DNA of 64,000 nucleotides from Alphaproteobacteria bacterium (GTDB lineage Bacteria; Pseudomonadota; Alphaproteobacteria; JASGCL01): NCBI GenBank assembly GCA_965262605.1, contig CBDHFN010000003.1, positions 1,312,930 to 1,376,929 of the forward strand, read 5' to 3'. Shown piece by piece: positions 52,124 to 61,133 of this stretch (position 1 is its first letter; each line of letters starts with the position of its first letter). The notes under the pieces were generated by a model. It saw only the letters and a program-made list of their open reading frames with translations, ran no database searches and was not told where the DNA came from. The position numbers and the translations under genes were made by a program.

Positions 52124-53478
52124 TGACATTAAAGGCGAACGCCAAAGTTTTAGTTGAAAGACTAATTGCAGATTCTGATTTTCGGCAAAAAATTAGCAAG
52201 AATGCTCAGCAAACATTAGATGAATATAATATTCACCTTAGTGCCGAGCAGTCTTGCCGATATTGGAATTTATCAATTGGCGAATCGCATTTAATAATGG
52301 CGGGTATTGGTATTCGCAACGAAACTGAACAAGCAATTTTTGAAGTTCAAGATAATTTAAATAAAGTATTTACCAAATATTTTGATAAAAATCGCTTAAA
52401 AAGACCCGAATCAGATATTATTGCATGGCGCAAACGAATTGAGTATCGCAATTATTTTATGCACGGGCAGATGCGCACGAAAATGTCCTTATTTTTGCCG
52501 TTTGCGGTTGAATTATCCGATGGTTGTTCGGTTGGGTGCTGGTTTTGCGGTGTTTCTGCCGATGTTCACAAAAAAAATTATCTTGCAAATCAAACAAATA
52601 AGCAAGAATTTGCACAAATAATACAATATTTTGCCGATATTTATCATGATTTAGCCAAAAATGGCTTTTTATATTTTGCGACAGATCCTTTTGATAATCC
52701 AGATTATGAAGTTTTTTCGGATATTTTTTTTGAAATTACGCGCTCAGCACCTGCGATAACAACGGCAATGGCTGAAAAAATGCCCGTTGATAAAATTTTG
52801 AAACTTACCCAAAAAATTCTTGCCCAAGACGCACCATGTATGCGGTTTTCGGTGTTTTCTATTGCGCAATTAAATAAAATATACGATTTATATGGTATTG
52901 AAAATTTGGTGGATATTCCAATTATCCCATTGACTCACGGCTCTTTATTGGGGCTTGCCAATGCTGGCAAAGCCCGAACCCGATTTAATAATAACAAAAA
53001 ACGCGGTGATTTAGAATTAGAAAAATTGCAAAAATTTGAAATAAATCATAATACAATTTGTTGCATTGCGGGTTATTTAGTCAATGCGGCGACCAAAAAA
53101 ATTTCGCTTATTGCCCCCATTGATGCCAATGAAAATTCCCCTGATGGCATTGAATATTTTGCGACAATGCGATATGAAAATATCACACAAATTCAAGAAT
53201 TTATTGCCCAAACTCGTCGCGATTTTATGGCAATTAAGCTTTCATTGCATCATGAATTTCAATTATATGATTATATTAAATGCAAAACCGAAAATAATAT
53301 TGTCAAATGCTATTCAGATTTTCATGAATTAAGGGTATTTGCCCCGAATCTTAACCACGATGAATTATTGAATTTTGTGCAATCATGCCATAAACCCCAA
53401 ATTATGCAAGAAATACACGATAAATTTCATGCGGTTGTTGAGTTTTTATGGCAAAATGGCGCGGTTAAAATTCAATGA
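52123..53478 (+). CDS. Radical SAM RiPP amino-acid epimerase (PoyD/OspD family)
   Basis: ELSDGCSVGCWFCGVSA (CxxxCxxC), AWRKR, FLYFATDPFDNPDYE and TICCIAGYLVN motifs; TAATG-coupled to precursor 2. Confidence 0.88.
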   Translation: MTLKANAKVLVERLIADSDFRQKISKNAQQTLDEYNIHLSAEQSCRYWNLSIGESHLIMAGIGIRNETEQAIFEVQDNLNKVFTKYFDKNRLKRPESDIIAWRKRIEYRNYFMHGQMRTKMSLFLPFAVELSDGCSVGCWFCGVSADVHKKNYLANQTNKQEFAQIIQYFADIYHDLAKNGFLYFATDPFDNPDYEVFSDIFFEITRSAPAITTAMAEKMPVDKILKLTQKILAQDAPCMRFSVFSIAQLNKIYDLYGIENLVDIPIIPLTHGSLLGLANAGKARTRFNNNKKRGDLELEKLQKFEINHNTICCIAGYLVNAATKKISLIAPIDANENSPDGIEYFATMRYENITQIQEFIAQTRRDFMAIKLSLHHEFQLYDYIKCKTENNIVKCYSDFHELRVFAPNLNHDELLNFVQSCHKPQIMQEIHDKFHAVVEFLWQNGAVKIQ

Positions 53479-54475
53479 CGGATAAAACGGCGCGATGGTC
53501 GGAAACCCAAGGTATAAAAACTTTATCGGCTTTTTCGGTTTTTTCGCCTAAAACAATTGATTGCTTGATTTTAAGATTTTTCGCGCGGGCAAAAATATAA
53601 TCTATGCGGTCGTGGTGGTCATTGGGGTCGTTTTCTTCGGTTGTTGGTGTCCAAGTTAACCCTTGTTTTGCAACTTCATCGGGATTAGCGGCGCGATAAG
53701 TATCAACAAAACCAGCATCTTCCAGCATGATGGTGGTGGGCCAAGCGACTTTAATTTTATGAAATTTTGTGCCTTGTATTGTCCAATCGCGGTGCGAAGG
53801 TTCATTAAAATCACCCATTATTAAAACAAGGCTTGATTGTTTTGTCTCGCTACTTACTTCTTGAATAACTTCATTGATGGCATCTTTATGGGCGATATTG
53901 GCGTATTTTATCGCTTCTTCTTCGGTATTAATAAACGGAAACCCTTCATATTCAATATTATGTAATTGATAAGGAACATTTGGTTTATAATCAAGGTTAA
54001 GATTAAATACATGCACTTCTTTGCCTTTTACATTGATAAGCGCACCCAAACCAAGCGGAGTGCCTTTAACAATAGGGTATCGGCTTAAAATTGCATTTGC
54101 CCAAATGGCGGGGTGCCCATTGGTGCGCTTGAAATCATCTTGATAAAAATCAGATTGATCATAATAATAAAATTCTAGGGCTTTTGCTAAATCTGCCGCG
54201 ATTGATTCACCAACGGGACCGGGATTTTTGGTATCCGTGCTATCGGCGCGAACTTTGGATATGGCGATTATATCAGCGTTGCTTTCTTTCATAATTTTTA
54301 CGATAGAATTAAATCCTTCATCATCGCCACCCGCATTTAAGATGTTAAACTGCAATAAAGTAAGCTTAGTAGTGTTATTTAATTCTTGAAATTTCCAAAT
54401 GGCACCGCCAATAATAACCACAATCCCGATGGCTAAAATTATCAAATTTTTTTGTTTTAAAATATTTTTCATCAC
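53465..54475 (-). CDS. Endonuclease/exonuclease/phosphatase (EEP) family protein, membrane-anchored
   Basis: LQFNI, ILSRYPI, MGDFNEPSH.DW, DRIDYIF and SDHRAV motifs. Confidence 0.9.
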   Translation of the reverse strand: MMKNILKQKNLIILAIGIVVIIGGAIWKFQELNNTTKLTLLQFNILNAGGDDEGFNSIVKIMKESNADIIAISKVRADSTDTKNPGPVGESIAADLAKALEFYYYDQSDFYQDDFKRTNGHPAIWANAILSRYPIVKGTPLGLGALINVKGKEVHVFNLNLDYKPNVPYQLHNIEYEGFPFINTEEEAIKYANIAHKDAINEVIQEVSSETKQSSLVLIMGDFNEPSHRDWTIQGTKFHKIKVAWPTTIMLEDAGFVDTYRAANPDEVAKQGLTWTPTTEENDPNDHHDRIDYIFARAKNLKIKQSIVLGEKTEKADKVFIPWVSDHRAVLSVIEF

Positions 54476-54515
54476 TCAACCCCTCAAATTAATTATCGTT
54501 AAATTTAAAATTTTG

Positions 54516-54872
54516 TCAAGTTTTTTTGATGTTTGTTTCTTTCAAGCGTTCAATGATTTTTTGGGCATGCTCTTGTGCTTCTGCTTCGCCGCTATCACCA
54601 TAAGGCGACCAAATGGATTTAAAACCTAATGCACTACGATAATACGCATTTCGTGCCTTATCATGTTCTGTTAAAGTAAAATATTTTTTAATTTTCTCGC
54701 GTAATGAAAGTTTTTTTTCTTGGGTATCGTCTATAATAATCCTTATTCTCTCTAATTCATCGGGTGTAAGCCTATCTAAATCTGAATTTCTTAAGAAATG
54801 TTTTATTAGCTCTTGTATTTGCGGGGTAAGTGCTTCTCCCTCGTATTCGCGTAAGATATGTTTTATTATCAT
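54516..54872 (-). CDS. Hypothetical protein
   Basis: 118-aa charged ORF coupled (ATGA overlap) to the upstream membrane-protein gene. Confidence 0.6.
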   Translation of the reverse strand: MIIKHILREYEGEALTPQIQELIKHFLRNSDLDRLTPDELERIRIIIDDTQEKKLSLREKIKKYFTLTEHDKARNAYYRSALGFKSIWSPYGDSGEAEAQEHAQKIIERLKETNIKKT

Positions 54873-55621
54873 TTGGTTTTTCTCGTAATTTTGGCATTTA
54901 AAATATCATTAATTGTGAATTTTTCTAATTGATTATGATTAAATTTTCTTAAAATCAAAATATCGTCAATATTTATATAAGCAATATTACTAAATTCTTC
55001 TATTGGCTTTTCATTAATTGCTGGCATTTTTAAAATATATTCTGGTGTTTGTGAAAAATCAATTATTTGTAATTGCCTCTCTTTTGCTTTTAATCTAAGG
55101 ATAATGCCAATAATTTCGGTATTATTTTCACCCTTTAATTTAATATAAATTTGTTTAGGATTTGATTCGGCAAGTATAGATTGTATATATTGCAAGTTAC
55201 CATCAATTTTAAAAAATAGGTCTCTGATAAAATTTTTATTTTTATTGCCTGTCAAAATATCATTTATTATAATGATGAGCAAAAATAACAAACAGAAAAT
55301 CATGGGTGCGATTATTAAGTGAATACCATAAAGCCACAATTTCCAAGCAAATTTGACGGAATTAAATAATATTATTTTACCATCGCCAAGTAAAAATATT
55401 GATTCATAAATATTTTTATAATTGTCATTCCAAATGCTTAAAATTGAAGCAACAATAATGTGCATTATTATTGAAATTACAATGCTATAAATAATAATTT
55501 CTGGAAGGTTTCGTTGATAAATACTACGGACAAACCTTGTAAAACGAAAAATCATAAAGCCCGGCATTAATAAAAATACCAAAGTCAAAAGATATTGAGA
55601 AAAAATTATATTATCCATCAT
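54869..55621 (-). CDS. Hypothetical three-TM membrane protein (DUF6338-like architecture)
   Basis: FLLMPGF N-terminal helix, three hydrophobic segments, soluble C-terminal domain; AT-rich. Confidence 0.6.
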   Translation of the reverse strand: MMDNIIFSQYLLTLVFLLMPGFMIFRFTRFVRSIYQRNLPEIIIYSIVISIIMHIIVASILSIWNDNYKNIYESIFLLGDGKIILFNSVKFAWKLWLYGIHLIIAPMIFCLLFLLIIIINDILTGNKNKNFIRDLFFKIDGNLQYIQSILAESNPKQIYIKLKGENNTEIIGIILRLKAKERQLQIIDFSQTPEYILKMPAINEKPIEEFSNIAYINIDDILILRKFNHNQLEKFTINDILNAKITRKTK

Positions 55622-55684
55622 ATTATTCCAATTTCATAAGTTAATCTTACCATAAAATCAAAAAAGAGTAAAGCAAAATAATCC

Positions 55685-56995
55685 CTACTTCCCAATGCAA
55701 AAATCACGAAAAATGCGGTCTAAAAGTTGCTCTACGCCGATAAAGCCACTTATTTTGCCTAAATGATGGCGCGCTTCACGCAATTCTTCGGCGCAAATTT
55801 CTAATTGGTTCGTTGCTTGGGCATTTAATAAATGCTGATAGGCAAGCGCTAAGGCTTGGCGTTGTCGGTCATGGGTAAGTTGCGGGCTATCGCTTAAACC
55901 AGCAAGCATTTCACAAGATTGGGCTAATTTGCCAATAAATTCATTTAAGCCAATATTTTCGCGCACCGAAATTTTAATTGCGTGTTTAGGGGCGTTATTA
56001 ATGGGTAAATCGCATTTATTTATAACCCATAAATCCGTATCCGCGCAAAATTCATCAGGATAATTAATGAAATTTGCACTATTATCGCTTAAAAAAATGC
56101 GTATATCGGCTTCTTGCGCGGTTGCCTCGGCGCGTTTAATGCCTTCGGCTTCAATGGGATTGGTTGTTTCGCGCATTCCCGCCGTGTCGTAAAGCGTGAT
56201 AAAATATCCGTGGCAATCAAATTGCAATTCTAATCGGTCGCGGGTTGTGCCCGCATGGGGCGAAACAATCGCGGCATCGCGCCCAATTAAATAATTAAAA
56301 AGCGAAGATTTACCAACATTGGGGGCGCCAATAACCGCCACCCGTAAGCCATTGGCAAGATGAATACCGCGCTTGTCGTTTAATAATTTTTCGCAATGAA
56401 TTTGTAAATTTTTCAATTTGGTTTGATAATCTTGCCAAACAGAATCGGGTAAATCATCATCAGCAAAATCAATTAAAGCTTCGGCATAGCTGTTCGCGTC
56501 CGCAAATTCATGGTTTAACTTATCAATCACGGCATATAAACCACCAGAGGCATTGCGTAATGCTTGTTTTCGTTGATTTTCTGATTGCGCGTGAATTAAA
56601 TCATTAATTGCTTCGGCTTGGGTTAAGTCCATTTTGCCGTTATTAAATGCGCGTTGTAAAAATTCGCCCCGTTCTGCCATGCGGGTTTCGGGAATTATTG
56701 CCAAAGCTTGAAAAATTCGCTTGATAATGGCGCGCGAACCATGCAAATGTATTTCGCCACCATCTTCACCAGTAAGGCTTTGCGGTGATTGAAAAAATAC
56801 CACCATCGCATTATCAAGAATATCATGGTGAATCGGGCAAGTAATCGGGCATAAATAAAATTGACGGGGGTTGAAATTATCACGCCCCGTCAAAATTTTT
56901 AATATATTTAATGTTTGCTTGCCGCTGATGCGAATAATTGCCAAAGCACCACCATCTGCGGTTGCTTGGGCAAAAATCGTATCCGCAAAGCCCAT
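55685..56995 (-). CDS. mnmE: tRNA modification GTPase MnmE/TrmE
   Basis: DTIFAQAT, SLTGEDGGEIHLHGS, GAPNVGKSSL, GTTRD, DTAG, NKCD and FCIGK motifs. Confidence 0.97.
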   Translation of the reverse strand: MGFADTIFAQATADGGALAIIRISGKQTLNILKILTGRDNFNPRQFYLCPITCPIHHDILDNAMVVFFQSPQSLTGEDGGEIHLHGSRAIIKRIFQALAIIPETRMAERGEFLQRAFNNGKMDLTQAEAINDLIHAQSENQRKQALRNASGGLYAVIDKLNHEFADANSYAEALIDFADDDLPDSVWQDYQTKLKNLQIHCEKLLNDKRGIHLANGLRVAVIGAPNVGKSSLFNYLIGRDAAIVSPHAGTTRDRLELQFDCHGYFITLYDTAGMRETTNPIEAEGIKRAEATAQEADIRIFLSDNSANFINYPDEFCADTDLWVINKCDLPINNAPKHAIKISVRENIGLNEFIGKLAQSCEMLAGLSDSPQLTHDRQRQALALAYQHLLNAQATNQLEICAEELREARHHLGKISGFIGVEQLLDRIFRDFCIGK

Positions 56996-58629
56996 TATTC
57001 TTCGGAATATTGGGCAGGTTCTGCGTGGTTTATTGGCAATTCATCGGCTTGCTTGGCATTATTTTGTGATGCAGCGGCTTGATATAAAGCCAAAGCCACC
57101 GCATTGGAGACATTTAAGCTGTCAATTTCATATGCTTGCAATTGTGCCATATCACCCAAAGCATCAATTTCAATTAAGAAATCGCTGTGGGTTTGCGATA
57201 AAAGCCTTAAACCTTTACCCTCCGCCCCAAATAATAATACGGATTTTTTATCAAAATTCGTGGCATTAAGCTTTTGCGTGTTTGGCGCGGAATTACCAAA
57301 ACCATAAATCCAAGCCCCATGTTTTTTCATTACTTCAATGGCATTGCGCAAGTTTTTAACCCGAATCACTGGAACCATTTCAAGCGCACCGCTTGCGGCT
57401 TTGGCAATGATTGAAGAATCTTCTGGTGTGCCAAAATCAACGACAACCACCGCAGTTGCGCCTAAATAAGCGGAACTGCGAATAATCGCGCCGATATTAT
57501 GCGGGTCTTGCACTTGGTCAAGCGCGATAATCGTGTAATTTTCAGGATTTTTTTCCAAAAATCTTTCCAATCCCATATCGGGCAGGGGGTCTGCTAAAAT
57601 TGCAATTCCTTGATGCACAGCATTTCGTCCGCAAAGCTTTTCTAAATGATCCTTGGAAACAATTTTCAAATGTTCAGAAAATTTTTGTAAAGCTTCATCA
57701 GCGGTAAATTTTTCTGCCGCCGTATCAGTTGCAAATATTTTCATGTTGCGTCTGGCGGGATTCATTAAGACAGCGCGGACAACATGCCAGCCGTATAAAT
57801 AGATTCTGCCGTCTTTTTCAACGCGGGCTTTGTCCGAATTCGGGGCGATATTTTTGGCAAAATCATCGCTTGAATTATCTTGCAAATCAAAATCTTCAAT
57901 TTCGCTTTCGTATCGTGGTTTGTCGTTACGGGGGCGATCATTGTATGGTCTGTCATTACGGGGGCGGTCGTTGCGCTCAAACGAACCACGGGGTTTAAAT
58001 CCGCGTCCTGTGCCTTCAACGGCATTGCCTCTATCGTCACCATAGCGGGGTTTGAAACCACTATTAGAACCTCTGGGCTTATCGGTATTTCTATCACCGC
58101 GTCCGCGGTCATCGCTATAACGGGGTTTAAATCCACGAGATTCCCCCCGTGCTGGTCGTTCTTCGCGCCCAGAATCATCACCAAATCTTGGCGGACGGGA
58201 ATCAGAAAAATCACGACTTCTAGGGGCGCGGCGGGCGAAATTATCATCATCACCCTCATTTTCGCGCTTGCGAAAAGCGGGACGGGGTCTGTCGCCACCG
58301 AAAGAACGACGATCGCCACCGCCAAAGGAACTTCTATCGCCACCTTCGGAACGATTGCCACCAAAGGAACGACGATCGCCACCGCCAAAGGAACGACGAT
58401 CGCTACCTTCGGAATCACCACGGGGCGCACGGGGTTTAAATCCTCTGTTAGAATCGCGCGAATCGCCTCTTGATTCTCTTCTTGGACTATCGCTGTTGCG
58501 TGTGTCTGATTCAAATTTTGAACCGCGAGTTTGGAATCCGCCGCTGCGGGAGTTTGTTCTGGAACCCGATTTGGATTCTGAATTATACGATTTTCTAGGG
58601 TAATCGCTGGATTTTGTCTTTAAGGGCAA
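56995..58629 (-). CDS. rlmB: 23S rRNA G2251 2'-O-methyltransferase (SPOUT) with long N-terminal low-complexity extension
   Basis: LYGWHVV, HQGI, LDQVQDPHNIGAIIRS, KAASGALE, GAEGKGLR and SLNVSNA motifs; TTG start uncertain. Confidence 0.9.
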   Translation of the reverse strand: MPLKTKSSDYPRKSYNSESKSGSRTNSRSGGFQTRGSKFESDTRNSDSPRRESRGDSRDSNRGFKPRAPRGDSEGSDRRSFGGGDRRSFGGNRSEGGDRSSFGGGDRRSFGGDRPRPAFRKRENEGDDDNFARRAPRSRDFSDSRPPRFGDDSGREERPARGESRGFKPRYSDDRGRGDRNTDKPRGSNSGFKPRYGDDRGNAVEGTGRGFKPRGSFERNDRPRNDRPYNDRPRNDKPRYESEIEDFDLQDNSSDDFAKNIAPNSDKARVEKDGRIYLYGWHVVRAVLMNPARRNMKIFATDTAAEKFTADEALQKFSEHLKIVSKDHLEKLCGRNAVHQGIAILADPLPDMGLERFLEKNPENYTIIALDQVQDPHNIGAIIRSSAYLGATAVVVVDFGTPEDSSIIAKAASGALEMVPVIRVKNLRNAIEVMKKHGAWIYGFGNSAPNTQKLNATNFDKKSVLLFGAEGKGLRLLSQTHSDFLIEIDALGDMAQLQAYEIDSLNVSNAVALALYQAAASQNNAKQADELPINHAEPAQYSEE

Positions 58630-58749
58630 GTTTTTCTCTTTTCATTTGGTTGATTATTGCCGAGTTTGGCATGGGTTTAGCTAATTCATCATCAATATGA
58701 TTATCTATTGTTGATTTTTGACGCATCAACGACTCACGATAGTTTTGTG

Positions 58750-58778
58750 TTGACATTTTAACCTCCTATAATTACTAT
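58750..58778 (+). promoter_or_regulatory. Candidate sigma70 promoter of ubiX
   Basis: TTGACA-N17-TACTAT about 40 bp upstream of the ubiX ATG. Confidence 0.5.
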
Positions 58779-58820
58779 TTTTCAATAATACCACAAAAAT
58801 CTTTAAAAAGGAACAAAATA

Positions 58821-59384
58821 ATGAAATTTTTAATCGCAATGTCGGGCGCATCGGGTGCGATTTATGGTATTAAATTGCTTGAAACCCTTAAACAAATGGC
58901 GATACAGGCTGATTTAATTGTTTCCAAGAATGCCGAGCTTACTATTAAGTATGAAACGGATTTTACACCAGACCAAGTGCGCGCTTTGGCGCATCAAAAT
59001 TTTCCGATTCAAGATTTAGGCGCGGCTTGCGCGTCTGGTTCAAATAGGTATGATGCGATGATAGTTGCGCCTTGTTCCATGAAAAGCCTTGGTGAGATTG
59101 CCTTATCAATAACATCAAATTTGCTTACCCGCGCGGCTGAAGTGCAATTAAAAGAACGCAGAAGGTTGGTTTTACTAACCCGTGAAACGCCTTTAACCCT
59201 GCAACATTGCCGAAATATGGCTATTGCGACTGAAAATGGCGCAATTATAATGCCACCTTTGCCAATGTTTTATCAAAAGCCACAAACGATTGATGAAATG
59301 GTTAGTCAAACTATCTTTCGGGTGTTAAGTATTTGCGGTTTAGAATGTCAAGAAAAATTTGTCTGGCGCGATAATAAATCATAA
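58821..59384 (+). CDS. ubiX: Flavin prenyltransferase
   Basis: AMSGASGAIYG, ASGS, APCSMKSL, RAA.V.LKERR.LVL..RETP and PMFY motifs. Confidence 0.94.
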   Translation: MKFLIAMSGASGAIYGIKLLETLKQMAIQADLIVSKNAELTIKYETDFTPDQVRALAHQNFPIQDLGAACASGSNRYDAMIVAPCSMKSLGEIALSITSNLLTRAAEVQLKERRRLVLLTRETPLTLQHCRNMAIATENGAIIMPPLPMFYQKPQTIDEMVSQTIFRVLSICGLECQEKFVWRDNKS

Positions 59385-60080
59385 TCGGTTAAGTTTTTGG
59401 ACTTGTTGATATGTTGCCACATCGCCAATATGATATAATTTCCCGCCCATTACTTCGCCAATTAAGCGATTTTCAAGCAATAATTCATCATAAATTAAGT
59501 TTAATGAAAATTTTTCGGGGCGATTATCCTTAAAAAAATCTTTGCGTAAAATTTGCACGCCCATAAATAACAAAGATTTATCCGATTTTTCCCGCAATAA
59601 ATTTTCGCCATTAAGGCTAAAATCACCCTTGCCATTATGCCCAATAATATTGGGTAATGGAGCAATGGCTAAAACCGCGTAATTTTGGTGATGCGCATTA
59701 AATTTTTGCGTCATGCGTTGTAATAAATCATCATCGCCTTGCCAAAAAATATCGCCATTTATCGCCCAAAATGCGTCGCTTGGAATTAAGGGTAAGCCGT
59801 TGAATATGCCGCCGCCAGTTTCCAAAACATCTGGTTCAAAAATTACTTGGCAATTTGCTTTGTTTTGCCAATTTTCATGGACAAATTGATTAATTTGTAA
59901 GGCTAAATAATGGCTGTTAAAAATAAAATTGCGCACGCCATATTGGTATAATAATTCTAAACTATATTGAATAATTGGCTTGCCATGGATTTTAACCAGC
60001 GGTTTGGGGATATTATCGGTGATTGGGCGCAATCTTGTTCCTAATCCCGCGGTCAAGATAAAAGCTGAATCAACAATCAT
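59379..60080 (-). CDS. Nucleotidyltransferase (MurU-like)
   Basis: AFILTAGLGTRLRPITDNIPKPLV, LETGGG and NGD motifs; ATG at 60080. Confidence 0.88.
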   Translation of the reverse strand: MIVDSAFILTAGLGTRLRPITDNIPKPLVKIHGKPIIQYSLELLYQYGVRNFIFNSHYLALQINQFVHENWQNKANCQVIFEPDVLETGGGIFNGLPLIPSDAFWAINGDIFWQGDDDLLQRMTQKFNAHHQNYAVLAIAPLPNIIGHNGKGDFSLNGENLLREKSDKSLLFMGVQILRKDFFKDNRPEKFSLNLIYDELLLENRLIGEVMGGKLYHIGDVATYQQVQKLNRL

Positions 60081-61044
60081 GAAATTCTTTATACCAAGCA
60101 ATAAATTGTTTTATGCCCTCGCTTATCGGGGTTTTGGGGGTAAATCCCGTTAAAGCTTGCAAATCGTCAATATCGGCATATGTATCTGGCACATCACCCG
60201 CTTGCAAAGGTTGCATTGCGATGATTGCTTTTTTCCCTAACTGCTGTTGCAATTCATCAATCATTTCCATTAAAGGGGTTGGGTTGTTATTGCCAATATT
60301 CATTAATCGGTAAGGTGGATTTATTTCATTGGGAATTTTTGGAATTAATTGTTCAATGCCCGTGATAATATCATCTACAAAAGTAAAATCGCGTTGCATC
60401 TTGCCGAAATTAAAGACATTTATCGGCTCACCCGCAAGAATGGCTTTGGTGAATAAAAACATGCTCATATCCGGGCGACCAAAGGGACCATAAACGGTGA
60501 AAAATCTTAAACCCGTGGTTGGAATTTGGAATAAATGGCTATAAACATGCCCCATCAGCTCATTCGTGCGTTTAGTTGCGGCGTAAAGGCTAATCGGTGT
60601 GTCCACCCTGTCGCTTACCGCAAAGGGTAATTTCGTGTTGCCGCCATAAACCGAAGACGAAGACGCATATAATAAATGTTCCACGCCAACGGCACGGCAC
60701 GCTTCAAGAATATTCAAGAATCCATCAATATTGCTTTTGGTATAGGCATGGGGGTTTGTTAGCGAATAACGAACACCAGCTTGCGCGGCAAGATTTACCA
60801 CAAAATTTGGTTTGAAATCTTGAAATGCTTTTAACAACGAATCATAATCGGCTAAGTCGGCTTTGATGAATTTGTAATTTGGAAATTTTTCTAAAATCGC
60901 GCACCGCGCATATTTATATTTAACGGCATAATAATCATTAATTATGTCATATCCCATGACTTCATAACCATTATTAAGCAATCTTTTGGCTAAATGAAAG
61001 CCAATAAAACCGGCAGTCCCCGTTATTAATATTTTTTTATTCAT
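60070..61044 (-). CDS. UDP-glucuronate 4-epimerase-like NAD-dependent epimerase
   Basis: TGTAGFIGFH, LAAQAGVRYS, YAATK and RFFTVYGPFGRPDM motifs. Confidence 0.92.
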   Translation of the reverse strand: MNKKILITGTAGFIGFHLAKRLLNNGYEVMGYDIINDYYAVKYKYARCAILEKFPNYKFIKADLADYDSLLKAFQDFKPNFVVNLAAQAGVRYSLTNPHAYTKSNIDGFLNILEACRAVGVEHLLYASSSSVYGGNTKLPFAVSDRVDTPISLYAATKRTNELMGHVYSHLFQIPTTGLRFFTVYGPFGRPDMSMFLFTKAILAGEPINVFNFGKMQRDFTFVDDIITGIEQLIPKIPNEINPPYRLMNIGNNNPTPLMEMIDELQQQLGKKAIIAMQPLQAGDVPDTYADIDDLQALTGFTPKTPISEGIKQFIAWYKEFHDC

Positions 61045-61133
61045 AAATTAATGTTAATAAGCTTTGCAAAAAAAATCAAGAAAATTTTATTGAAATTATT
61101 GACTAAATTTTGAATCAATAATATTAAAAAGGA

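Noticed and set aside
57729-58603. Several long overlapping ORFs, e.g. 57765-58514 and 57880-58473
   Set aside because: They are stop-poor alternate frames of the repetitive RlmB extension.
58630-58745. Possible tRNA or riboswitch upstream of rlmB
   Set aside because: There is no cloverleaf, T-loop or recognisable aptamer; only short hairpins.
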